From: Pseudomonadota bacterium
Lineage (GTDB): Bacteria; Pseudomonadota; Gammaproteobacteria; Burkholderiales; JABEVD01
NCBI GenBank assembly: GCA_021802545.1
Contig: JAJZRS010000002.1
Span: 124,546-188,545, forward strand
Length of the DNA: 64,000 nt
Direction: 5' to 3'
Below, piece by piece: positions 19,663 to 28,574 of this stretch. The notes beneath the pieces were generated by a model that was not told the origin of the DNA, did no database searches, and saw only the letters and a list, made by a program, of their open reading frames with translations. The stretch's first letter is position 1; the number at the start of each line of letters is the position of its first letter. Made by a program: the position numbers and the translations under genes.

Positions 19663-20778
19663 ATGATCCTCATTCTGAATCAAAACACGAAGCAGGACAG
19701 CCCTGAATTCAAGCAGCTGACCGCGCATCTTGCCAATCTGCCCGGCATCACCACCCGCATCCACACCGAAAAAGGCGCAGCGCAAGTCCTGACCGAGATC
19801 TACCTGATCGGCAATACCCAGGCGCTCGACCTGGATGACATGAAAAACCTGCCATGCGTGGAAAGCGCGGTCAGGGTTTCCGAAGAATACCGGGTACTCG
19901 GCAGGCACAAGGATGACCACAGGTCCAGCCATTTCGAATACAACGGCGTGCGCTTCGGACAGGATAATCTGAACGTGTTCGCCGGATTGTGCGCCGTGGA
20001 CAACCCGGCGCATGTCGAAATGATGATGAAGGCCTTGCGGGACAACGGGCAGGCATGCACCAGGATGGGCGCATACAAGCCCAGGACGAGCCCGTATTCC
20101 TTCCAGGGACACGGCAGCGCATGCCTGCCCTATGTCTTCGAGCTCGCAGGGAAATACGGCATCAAAGTGATCGCCATGGAAATCACGCACGAATCGCACA
20201 TGGAAGAAATCGTGGATGCGCTGGAGAAGACGGGAAATCCGACCGGCGTGATGCTCCAGATCGGCACCCGCAATACCCAGAATTTCGAACTATTGAAGAT
20301 CGTCGGCCGCCAGAGCCGCTTCCCTGTCCTCCTGAAGCGCGGTTTCGGCATCACCCTGGATGAATCGCTCAATGCCGCCGAATATCTCGCTTCCGAAGGC
20401 AACAGGAAGGTGATCTTCGGGCTCAGGGGAATGAAGACCAATATGGGCGACCCGCACAGGAATTTCGTCGACTTTTCCCACGTGCCAGTGGTGAAAAGAT
20501 TGACGCGCATGCCGGTCTGCATCGACCCTTCCCATTCGGTGGGTTCACGCGCCAGCGGGCCGGAAGGCATACTGGACGTGATGCATGTCACGGCGCAGGG
20601 CGTGATTGCGGGCGCCAACATGATACTCGTCGACTTTCACCCTGCTCCGTCGAAAGCGCTCGTCGACGGTCCTCAAGCGCTCACATTGGCAGAGCTGCCC
20701 TATTTTCTGGAAGACGTGGCCATTGCGCGCGAAGCCTTCGAAAAACGCGTCGATCTCGGCAGAAGATTCAAAAGTTAG
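19663..20778 (+). CDS. 3-deoxy-7-phosphoheptulose (DAHP) synthase, type I-beta, with an N-terminal ferredoxin-like regulatory domain
   Basis: The core resembles KDO8P/DAHP-I-beta synthases (GAYKPRTSPYSFQG, LQIGTRNTQNFELL, CIDPSHSVG). An extra domain of about 90 aa sits in front of the barrel. Confidence 0.85.
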   Translation: MILILNQNTKQDSPEFKQLTAHLANLPGITTRIHTEKGAAQVLTEIYLIGNTQALDLDDMKNLPCVESAVRVSEEYRVLGRHKDDHRSSHFEYNGVRFGQDNLNVFAGLCAVDNPAHVEMMMKALRDNGQACTRMGAYKPRTSPYSFQGHGSACLPYVFELAGKYGIKVIAMEITHESHMEEIVDALEKTGNPTGVMLQIGTRNTQNFELLKIVGRQSRFPVLLKRGFGITLDESLNAAEYLASEGNRKVIFGLRGMKTNMGDPHRNFVDFSHVPVVKRLTRMPVCIDPSHSVGSRASGPEGILDVMHVTAQGVIAGANMILVDFHPAPSKALVDGPQALTLAELPYFLEDVAIAREAFEKRVDLGRRFKS

Positions 20779-21446
20779 GGCGATTCGACCTTGACCCAGA
20801 TCCTCTGATCATCTCCGCCCGCCTGGATACCTTCGTCTTCTTTACCCTGCCCTGAGCCTCCGATTTCTATCCACTCGCCCTTTCTGCCGGAAACCTTCGT
20901 GGACAGTCTCGACAGGTCGACGGTGCCCTCGGCCGGACGATCGAGCATGGGGCTGACATCGAGAAAGACCTGGCTGCCGTTCAAATGTGCAAGCACATAG
21001 AAACCGCTCGTCACCTCCCTCGTCACCGCAGACACGCCGCTGCCGTATGGGCCTGAGAAAACGGTATTATTCTCCTGGACCGTTCTCCCTACCCTGATGA
21101 ATGCCGGGCTTCCCTCAACTGTCCTGACATAGGAGGCACTGCCCAAGTCCGTGCTGTAACTTCCGTCGCCCGGCGGCCCTTCCGTGCTGGAGCCTTGGTA
21201 AACCGTGATTTTCAAGGTGGCCTGAGCCTTGTCGAGGCGTGCAACGAGCTTTTTGATGTCGCGCATGCGCCGCGTGCGCAAAATAAGCTGGTTTCCGCTG
21301 CCTGAAATCGCATCCCCCTTGGAAAGCATCGGCTGAATCAGGGGAATCATATCTTCCGCCTGCCTGTATTTGAGCGTGATGACCTCGATCGACTGGGCAA
21401 GCACAAGCACAGGCAGGAACAGCATTAGGAAAATCAGCGTTTTCAT
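20775..21446 (-). CDS. Secreted protein with a secretin-N (NolW-like) domain; possible mini-secretin
   Basis: 223 aa with a signal peptide. IEVITLKYRQAEDMIPLIQPML...GNQLILRTRRMRDIKKLVARLD resembles secretin N-domains. The short C-terminal stretch GEWIEIGG is reminiscent of the secretin core. Confidence 0.5.
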   Translation of the reverse strand: MKTLIFLMLFLPVLVLAQSIEVITLKYRQAEDMIPLIQPMLSKGDAISGSGNQLILRTRRMRDIKKLVARLDKAQATLKITVYQGSSTEGPPGDGSYSTDLGSASYVRTVEGSPAFIRVGRTVQENNTVFSGPYGSGVSAVTREVTSGFYVLAHLNGSQVFLDVSPMLDRPAEGTVDLSRLSTKVSGRKGEWIEIGGSGQGKEDEGIQAGGDDQRIWVKVESP

Positions 21447-21527
21447 GCAACACTCCCGAGGTTGAAACTTTCTACCGCTTTATGTAGTCTTAGTATCACG
21501 TTGAACGATTTTCCACAAGGAGCAAAG

Positions 21528-22211
21528 ATGCAACCCCAAATGCAATATTCGTCCATGCCCTATGCCCTGAACCAGAACAGGGTGTTGCGCAATACCTATG
21601 GACTGCTCGGACTCACCATGATCCCCACCGTGATCGGCGCGGTAGTCGGGATGAGCACGAATTTCGCGTTTCTCGCGCGATCCCCGCTGGTCGGCTCGCT
21701 CATGATGCTTGCCGTGATGTTCGGACTGATGTTTGCCGTGGGTGCCAATCGGAACAGCAGCCTGGGCGTCCTCTTCCTGCTGATTTTCACCGGCGTCGCA
21801 GGCTGGTTCCTCGGTCCCATCCTGCAGGTCGCACTGCACCTCAGGAACGGCCCTGAGCTGATCGGGATTGCCGCGGGCGGTACAGGCGCCATCTTCCTGA
21901 GCCTCGCTGCCGTTGCCACCGTGTCCAAGCGCGATTTCGGCTTCATGGGCAACTTCCTTTTCGTCGGACTGATCCTCCTCGTGATCGCGTCCCTGGCCAA
22001 CGTTTTCCTGCAAATCCCGGCTGCTTCGCTCGCCATTTCGGCGATCGCAGTGCTGATTTTTTCCGGATACATCCTGTTCGATGTGAGCCGTATCGTGCAA
22101 GGAGGCGAAACCAATTACATCATGGCAACCCTCGCGCTTTATCTCGACATTTACAACATCTTCATCAATCTGCTGAGTCTTCTGATGGCGCTCTCGGGCG
22201 ATAGAGACTAA
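21528..22211 (+). CDS. BAX inhibitor-1/YccA family membrane protein
   Basis: The start was moved to the ATG at 21528 (RBS caaGGAGcaaagATG). It has 7 hydrophobic helices, and the N-terminus NQNRVLRNTYGLLGLTM is typical of this family. Confidence 0.85.
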   Translation: MQPQMQYSSMPYALNQNRVLRNTYGLLGLTMIPTVIGAVVGMSTNFAFLARSPLVGSLMMLAVMFGLMFAVGANRNSSLGVLFLLIFTGVAGWFLGPILQVALHLRNGPELIGIAAGGTGAIFLSLAAVATVSKRDFGFMGNFLFVGLILLVIASLANVFLQIPAASLAISAIAVLIFSGYILFDVSRIVQGGETNYIMATLALYLDIYNIFINLLSLLMALSGDRD

Positions 22212-22232
22212 GCTGACATGCCCTGCAAGAAT

Positions 22233-22255
22233 GCCGCCTTCGGGCGGCTTTTTTT
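22233..22255 (+). terminator. Rho-independent terminator
   Basis: gccgcc-ttcg-ggcggc hairpin followed by T7. Confidence 0.8.
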
Positions 22256-22275
22256 GCAGGACACAGGAGAAAGCC

Positions 22276-22596
22276 ATGAAGAAATTCTGCATCGCGTCCC
22301 TGCTTCTTTCATTCAGTTCCTCAAGCTTCGCCGCAGACGTGACGACGTTGCAGGCCGCGCTCGAAGCCGCCAGGCAAAACATGGAAAGCGCGCAGTCCAA
22401 GTACACGGATGCCAAACGCCAGTTTGCCTATCAGAAAAACGTCGTGGCGAAGATCAGAGCCCATCTCGAGAAGGAGCAGCAACAGCTCTCAGCCGACCGC
22501 AAGCTGCTCGATGAAACCCAGAAGAGCTACTACAGTGCGAAAGAAAAGCACGACCGCGCGCAGGCCGTGCTGGACAAGGCCTGGAGCAACCATTGA
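22276..22596 (+). CDS. Secreted coiled-coil protein of unknown function
   Basis: The start was moved to the ATG at 22276 (RBS acaGGAGaaagccATG). Signal peptide MKKFCIASLLLSFSSSSFA, followed by heptad-like helical sequence. Confidence 0.55.
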   Translation: MKKFCIASLLLSFSSSSFAADVTTLQAALEAARQNMESAQSKYTDAKRQFAYQKNVVAKIRAHLEKEQQQLSADRKLLDETQKSYYSAKEKHDRAQAVLDKAWSNH

Positions 22597-22597
22597 C

Positions 22598-22780
22598 TCA
22601 CCGCGTATATCGGGTGAACCACATTTTGGAAAGCTTGAGGCAATAGCGGCAGCCCGTATGCCCGCAGTGGGAATGCCCAAAAAAAATGATGCTTTTCTTG
22701 CCTTGCGCAAGCATCGCATCGATCGTCAACATGATGGCCAGCAAGCCAAATCCCGCACCGAAATAGACTATTGCATGCAC
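22598..22780 (-). CDS. Candidate 60-aa membrane peptide with a Cys/His-rich tail
   Basis: GTG at 22780 lies 7 nt after GGAAGGAG. There is one TM helix (HAIVYFGAGFGLLAIMLTIDAML) and then GHSHCGHTGCRYC. This is the in-frame C-terminal part of a longer track ORF. Confidence 0.3.
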   Translation of the reverse strand: MHAIVYFGAGFGLLAIMLTIDAMLAQGKKSIIFFGHSHCGHTGCRYCLKLSKMWFTRYTR

Positions 22781-22892
22781 GATACCGCTCCTTCCAGGGA
22801 AACGCAAAAATTCTGATCCAGGAATATTGCAGGCATGTGATGGCAGGTGAAAATAAGCTAGAATTGCGTTTTGGACTATTTTGGAGAAATGC

Positions 22893-23813
22893 ATGTCGAT
22901 GGCTGACCGTGATGGTCTGATCTGGTTTGACGGAAAAATGGTGGAATGGCGCAACGCGACCATTCACGTCCTGACCCACACCCTGCATTACGGCATGGGC
23001 GTTTTCGAGGGGGTACGGGCCTACCAGACAGACAGAGGGACCGCCATTTTCAGGCTGAGGGAACACACCGAGCGATTCTTCAATTCCGCACACATCCTCG
23101 GCATGAAGATCCCTTTCGACGTCGAAACGCTGATGCAGGCGCAGATCGACGTCGTCTCCCAAAACAAGCTCGCATCCGGCTACATCCGCCCGATCGCCTT
23201 CTACGGGTCAGAAGCGCTCGGCATTGCAGCAAAAAATCTCTCCGTTCATGTCGCCATCGCTGCATGGCCTTGGGGAACCTATCTCGGCAAAGATGCGCTC
23301 GAGCAAGGCATCCGGGTCAAGACGTCCTCCTTCACGCGCCATCACGTCAACATCACCATGTGCAAGGCGAAAGCCACGAGCAGCTATGCGAATTCCATAC
23401 TCGCCCATAACGAAGCTGCCCAGGATGGCTACGATGAAGCCCTGCTGCTTGACGTCGACGGGTTCGTCACGGAAGGTTCCGGTGAAAACATCTTCATCGT
23501 GAAAAAAGGCAAGATCTATACCCCCGATCTCACCTCCGCCCTCGACGGCATCACGCGCGATTCGCTCATCCAGTTTGCAGCCGAGATCGGTATTCCAGTG
23601 ATCGAAAAACGCATCACGCGCGACGAAATTTATACCGCGGAAGAGGCTTTCTTTACCGGTACGGCTGCCGAAGTCACGCCCATCAGGGAACTTGACAACA
23701 GATTGATCGGCAGCGGCAGCAGAGGGCATGTCACAGCGAAGCTTCAGAAGATGTTCTTCGACTGCGTGACCGGCAAGAACGATGCCCGTAACGGCTGGCT
23801 TACTTTCGTTTGA
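22893..23813 (+). CDS. ilvE: Branched-chain amino acid aminotransferase
   Basis: The start was moved to the ATG at 22893 (GGAGAaatgcATG). The N-terminus MSMADRDGLIWFDGKMVEW and the fold-type IV core are typical of IlvE. Confidence 0.92.
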   Translation: MSMADRDGLIWFDGKMVEWRNATIHVLTHTLHYGMGVFEGVRAYQTDRGTAIFRLREHTERFFNSAHILGMKIPFDVETLMQAQIDVVSQNKLASGYIRPIAFYGSEALGIAAKNLSVHVAIAAWPWGTYLGKDALEQGIRVKTSSFTRHHVNITMCKAKATSSYANSILAHNEAAQDGYDEALLLDVDGFVTEGSGENIFIVKKGKIYTPDLTSALDGITRDSLIQFAAEIGIPVIEKRITRDEIYTAEEAFFTGTAAEVTPIRELDNRLIGSGSRGHVTAKLQKMFFDCVTGKNDARNGWLTFV

Positions 23814-23817
23814 GGGG

Positions 23818-24012
23818 ATGAGCATGAGCGAGATGAAAAACCGCCTGGTCGAAGTAACCGAAAAGGACCTGCCGCTGCATTGCCCGACCCCTTCCATGTC
23901 GCTCTGGGATGCGCATCCCAGGGTTTTCCTGCCCATCGAGGAAACGGGTGAAGCGCTCTGCCCCTATTGCGGCACGCTATACAAGCTCAAGGGAAGTGCC
24001 CGCCATCACTGA
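23818..24012 (+). CDS. Zinc-finger (zf-CHCC / NDUFS6-like) small protein
   Basis: 64 aa with LHCP...CPYCG Cys pairs. It follows ilvE by 4 nt. Confidence 0.7.
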   Translation: MSMSEMKNRLVEVTEKDLPLHCPTPSMSLWDAHPRVFLPIEETGEALCPYCGTLYKLKGSARHH

Positions 24013-24016
24013 CCCA

Positions 24017-25018
24017 TTGAAGAAGATCCTGATCGTTTCCCCCTCCTGGGTAGGGGATGCAGTGATGGCGCAGCCGCTCTTCAAGCGTCTGAAGGAGCGG
24101 CACCAGAACCTCCTCCTTGACGTGCTCTCCCCGCCCTGGTGCGCCCCGCTTTTTACAAGGATGAAGGAAGTCGATTCGGTTCTCGTCAACCCCTTCAAGC
24201 ATGGCGAACTCAAGATTCTCCAGCGCTACCGGTTCGCAAAATCCTTGAAGGGCAAATATGACCAGGTCATCGTCCTGCCGAACTCGTTCAAATCCGCCCT
24301 CGTTCCATTTTTCTCCGCCACTCCCCTGAGAACAGGATACATCGGCGAAATGCGCAAAGCGCTCCTGAACGATGCCAGGCCCCTGCAGAAATTGCGCTAT
24401 CCGCTGATGGTCGAGCGATTCGCCCTGCTTGCTGAAAACAGGAACGAATCGCTGCGGCGCCCGCTCAAATATCCATCCCTGACTTCGACGCCGGAGCAAA
24501 AAAAGGCTGCATTTGAGAAACTCGGGCTCAATCCTGAAAAAACCGTCGTTGCATTTTGCCCGGGCGCTGAATATGGACCGGCGAAACGCTGGCCTCCCGA
24601 ATATTTTGCGCAACTGGCCAAAATGCTCGTCCCCCGATACGACATCTGGCTCATCGGATCAAAAAAGGATCGCGAAATCGGCGATGAAATCAGGAAGCTG
24701 GGCGGTGATGCCTGTCTCAACCTGTGCGGCATGACCGAACTCGACGAAGCCATCGATCTCATTTCGGAAGCGGCCTTCGTCGTCAGCAACGACTCCGGCC
24801 TCATGCATGTGGCGGCCGCCCTGGGAAAACCCATGGTGGCGATCTACGGCTCTTCCAGCCCCGGCTTCACTCCTCCGCTGTCGGACAAGGCCAGAATCGC
24901 CAAGCTCGAAATAGAATGCAGCCCCTGCTTCGAACGGACCTGCCCGCTGGGGCACTTCGACTGCATGAAAAAGCTTCATCCCGATACCATCTTCAAAATG
25001 ATAGAGGAAATCGAGTGA
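24017..25018 (+). CDS. waaF: ADP-heptose:LPS heptosyltransferase II (GT9)
   Basis: A TTG start at 24017 gives MKKILIVSPSWVGDAVMAQPLF, matching the WaaF N-terminus. The upstream ORF extension overlaps the zf gene. Confidence 0.85.
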   Translation: MKKILIVSPSWVGDAVMAQPLFKRLKERHQNLLLDVLSPPWCAPLFTRMKEVDSVLVNPFKHGELKILQRYRFAKSLKGKYDQVIVLPNSFKSALVPFFSATPLRTGYIGEMRKALLNDARPLQKLRYPLMVERFALLAENRNESLRRPLKYPSLTSTPEQKKAAFEKLGLNPEKTVVAFCPGAEYGPAKRWPPEYFAQLAKMLVPRYDIWLIGSKKDREIGDEIRKLGGDACLNLCGMTELDEAIDLISEAAFVVSNDSGLMHVAAALGKPMVAIYGSSSPGFTPPLSDKARIAKLEIECSPCFERTCPLGHFDCMKKLHPDTIFKMIEEIE

Positions 25019-25962
25019 AAGGCTACGTCTCGCCTGCATGGCTCAAGGGTGGACACATGCAGACGATCTACCCGGCCAAGATGATCAAATTGCCTTCCAT
25101 CGACTACAGACGTGAGCGCTGGGACACACCAGACGGCGATTTCATCGACCTGGACTGGGTGGAAGGCAGCGGACCGTTATATGTCCTGTTTCATGGGCTC
25201 GAAGGCAGCTCCAGAAGCCATTATTCCCTTTCCCTGATGGATGCGGTGCGAAAGCGCGGAAGACAAGGCGTTGTCGTTCATTTCAGGGGATGCAGCGGAG
25301 AACCCAATCGCCTTCCCAGGGCCTACCATTCGGGCGACCATGAAGAAATCGACTGGATATTGCGCAGATTTCGCGATTCTGAAAAGGGAAAGATCTACGC
25401 CACAGGCGTCTCGCTTGGCGGAAACGCCCTGCTGAAATGGCTGGGCGAATCCGGAAAGGAAGCCGCTCATGTGATCGACAAGGCAGCCTCCATTTCCGCG
25501 CCTATGGACCTCGCGGCATCCGGAGAGGCGCTCGGGCGCGGATTCAACAAGACCTATACACGTGAATTCCTGAAGACGCTCAAGGAAAAAATCCTGTCCA
25601 AGCTGGGGCACTATCCTCACCTGGTGGAAAAAGAGGCGCTCTTCGCAGCGCAAAACTTCAGGCAGTTCGACGATCTCTATACCGCGCCCCAGCACGGATT
25701 TGCCGGCACGGATGATTACTGGGCGCGCGCAAGCAGCAAACCCGTCCTGAAAAACATCGCCACGCCGACCCTGATACTGAATGCGATAAACGACCCCTTT
25801 CTGCCCTGCGAAACGCTTCCCGGGATGAGTGATGTGTCCGAAAAAATCGTGCTTGAGTATCCTGAAGAAGGCGGGCATGCTGGATTTGTATCCGGAGCCA
25901 TTCCTGGCAACCTGGAATGGCTCCCTGAAAGACTGTTCACATTTTTCGAAAAGGGATGTTAA
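25015..25962 (+). CDS. Alpha/beta hydrolase, YheT-like
   Basis: The GTG start at 25015 forms a GTGA overlap with the waaF stop. It has HGLEGSS and the nucleophile elbow GVSLGG. Confidence 0.75.
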   Translation: MKGYVSPAWLKGGHMQTIYPAKMIKLPSIDYRRERWDTPDGDFIDLDWVEGSGPLYVLFHGLEGSSRSHYSLSLMDAVRKRGRQGVVVHFRGCSGEPNRLPRAYHSGDHEEIDWILRRFRDSEKGKIYATGVSLGGNALLKWLGESGKEAAHVIDKAASISAPMDLAASGEALGRGFNKTYTREFLKTLKEKILSKLGHYPHLVEKEALFAAQNFRQFDDLYTAPQHGFAGTDDYWARASSKPVLKNIATPTLILNAINDPFLPCETLPGMSDVSEKIVLEYPEEGGHAGFVSGAIPGNLEWLPERLFTFFEKGC

Positions 25963-27335
25963 TGCATTATCCAAAGGAGATATTCAAAGCCTACGACATC
26001 AGGGGAATCGTGGGCAAAACGCTCACGCCATCCGTTGCGGAAGGCATCGGGCAGGCGTTGGGGACTGAAGCAGCCGAGCGCGGGCAGAAAGCCATCGTCA
26101 TCGGACGCGACGGCAGGCTTTCGGGGCCTGAACTGTCTCAAGCGCTCGCCAAAGGCATCACGAAAAGCGGGATCGACGTGATCGACATCGGGCTCGTTGC
26201 AACGCCCATGGTTTATTTCGCGACCCACCATCTCGGCACGGGCTCAGGCGTCATGGTGACCGGCTCACACAATCCTCCGGAATACAACGGGCTGAAGATG
26301 GTCCTCGCAGGAGAAACGCTGTCAGGGGACACCATCCAGAAACTCTACGCACGCTGCGAATCGGGGAATTTCATGCATGGCGCGGGAAAATACCAAACCG
26401 CAAGCATCGAAAAAGCCTATCTCGAGCGCATCTCGAATGACGTCAAGCTTGCGCGTCCTTTGAAAATAGCGGTCGACTGCGGCAACGGCGCACCTGGGGC
26501 CTATGCCCCGGAACTCTACAGAATGCTCGGCTGCGAAGTTGAAGAACTCTATTGCGACGTGGACGGCAACTTCCCGAACCACCATCCCGATCCGTCCCAT
26601 CTCGAAAACCTGACCGATTTGATTGCAGCACTGAAAAACGGGGATGCCGAAATCGGCCTCGCCTTCGATGGCGACGGGGACAGGCTCGGCATCGTGACGA
26701 AGGATGGCAGCATCATCTTTCCGGACAGGCAGCTCATGCTTTTTGCAAGGGACGTGCTTTCCAGGAATCCCGGAGCGCAAATCATCTACGATGTCAAATG
26801 CACCAGGAATCTTTCCCCGTGGATCAAGCATCACGGCGGAATTCCGGTCATGTGGAAAACAGGTCACTCCCTCATCAAATCGAAGATGAAGGAAACGGGC
26901 GCACTGCTCGCCGGGGAAATGAGCGGCCACGTCTTCTTCAAGGAACGCTGGTACGGGTTCGACGACGGGCTCTATGCAGGGGCGAGGCTGCTGGAAATAC
27001 TCAGCCGCGAAGCGGACATGGAAAAGACGCTGCACGCGCTGCCGGATGCAGTCAGCACGCCAGAGCTGCAGATCAGGCTCAGGGAAGGTGAAAATTACGA
27101 ACTGATCGCAAGACTCCAGGCCACTGCCGTCTTCGATCATCCAGTGAACATCATCAAGCTGGACGGGCTGCGCGTCGAATACGAAGATGGCTTCGGCCTG
27201 GCACGCTCATCCAACACGACACCCGTGATCGTGCTAAGATTTGAGGCAGACAATGAAAGCGCATTGAAGCGCATCCAGGAAGACTTCAGGCGAGCCATTC
27301 TTCAGGAAAAACCGGAAGCCGTCTTGCCTTTCTGA
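25956..27335 (+). CDS. algC: Phosphomannomutase/phosphoglucomutase
   Basis: Active-site loop TGSHNPPEYNG and Mg site FDGDGDR. The start is either 25956 or 25962 (TAATG coupling). Confidence 0.9.
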   Translation: MLMHYPKEIFKAYDIRGIVGKTLTPSVAEGIGQALGTEAAERGQKAIVIGRDGRLSGPELSQALAKGITKSGIDVIDIGLVATPMVYFATHHLGTGSGVMVTGSHNPPEYNGLKMVLAGETLSGDTIQKLYARCESGNFMHGAGKYQTASIEKAYLERISNDVKLARPLKIAVDCGNGAPGAYAPELYRMLGCEVEELYCDVDGNFPNHHPDPSHLENLTDLIAALKNGDAEIGLAFDGDGDRLGIVTKDGSIIFPDRQLMLFARDVLSRNPGAQIIYDVKCTRNLSPWIKHHGGIPVMWKTGHSLIKSKMKETGALLAGEMSGHVFFKERWYGFDDGLYAGARLLEILSREADMEKTLHALPDAVSTPELQIRLREGENYELIARLQATAVFDHPVNIIKLDGLRVEYEDGFGLARSSNTTPVIVLRFEADNESALKRIQEDFRRAILQEKPEAVLPF

Positions 27336-27353
27336 TACGACTGTGGCCCGATA

Positions 27354-28574
27354 ATGGAAGAAGTAGACGATCCACATTATTTGAAGCGCGTGACCTCGCT
27401 CGGGGACACGCGCAGGGTCGTCACCAATCAGGACATTTTTTCAAAGACGGGCATCAAGCTGGCCACGATCGGCTCGCGCATCAACAGCTCCTTCTACGAT
27501 CGGCTCGCCAGGCACAAGCTGATGCCGCCGCTGGATCAGTGCATGACCGTGGAGGATGCGCTCACGGTGGACTTTCTCCTTGCGCAGGCGAAGCGCATTT
27601 TCGCAAGCGAAGCACGCTTCTCTGCAATGGAAAAACTCGTCGACATCGAAAACATCTGGTCGGCGATTTCAAGCATCAACCTGAACAACTCGCTTGCATT
27701 CAAGCTGACGGTTGCGCGCGAAATGCGCCCTGTCCTGCTTGACCACAGCCTGCGCATCGCGCTGATTTCGCTTTATCTCGGGTTGAGGTGCCGCCTGCCC
27801 GAAAAGGCACTCATCGAACTCGCAACAGCGGCCGTGTTCCACGATCTCGGGGAACTGCATATCGACCCGGATATCCTGGAGAAATCGAACGACCTCACGA
27901 TGCTGGAGCGCAGGCACATCTACGCCCATCCGATGGTCGCCTATGTGATCCTCAAGGATTTCCCTGAATATCATCCTGCGATCAGCACGACCGTGCTCCA
28001 GCATCACGAATGCCTGGATGGGAGCGGCTATCCCGCCGGGATTTCGAACATTGCCTTCACCGCACAGATCCTGGGCATGGCCGAAGTGGTCTCCGGCATC
28101 GCAAACAGGCACAAACTGGAAATCGTGCTCAAGCTCAACAAGCACAAGCTGAACACGGATCTCATCGGCTACGTGATCGGACTTTTTCGTTCCGAACAGA
28201 GCCAGAGCAGTCCGGGCAAAAGCATTGCCGAAATCGAAAAAAAACTTGTCCAGCTGGCCAAAGCTTTCGATGAATGGGACCGTATCAAGCAAAGGGGGAA
28301 CCCCTTGTTCACTTTTGCAGACCATCGCATTTTCGAACTCAGACAGGCGCTTTTCGATGCGGGATTCAATCCGCTTGAACTCGATCGGCTCACGCGCGGC
28401 ATTGAGGACGATCCCGAAAGCCTGCACGACGTCCATACCCTCGTCGACGAATCATTCTGGCAAATCAAGAACCTGGAAAGGGAAATGAACAGGCTTCCGG
28501 ATTACGGCAAGGCGACCGAAATGGAAAAAAGCATTTTGAAGGAATGGATCACCCGCAGCAGCATGGAGCATTGA
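27354..28574 (+). CDS. HD-GYP domain protein (putative c-di-GMP phosphodiesterase)
   Basis: FHDLGE ... HHECLDGSGYPAGI (HHExxDGxGYP). The N-terminal domain of about 130 aa is of the kind often found in front of HD-GYP. Confidence 0.85.
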   Translation: MEEVDDPHYLKRVTSLGDTRRVVTNQDIFSKTGIKLATIGSRINSSFYDRLARHKLMPPLDQCMTVEDALTVDFLLAQAKRIFASEARFSAMEKLVDIENIWSAISSINLNNSLAFKLTVAREMRPVLLDHSLRIALISLYLGLRCRLPEKALIELATAAVFHDLGELHIDPDILEKSNDLTMLERRHIYAHPMVAYVILKDFPEYHPAISTTVLQHHECLDGSGYPAGISNIAFTAQILGMAEVVSGIANRHKLEIVLKLNKHKLNTDLIGYVIGLFRSEQSQSSPGKSIAEIEKKLVQLAKAFDEWDRIKQRGNPLFTFADHRIFELRQALFDAGFNPLELDRLTRGIEDDPESLHDVHTLVDESFWQIKNLEREMNRLPDYGKATEMEKSILKEWITRSSMEH

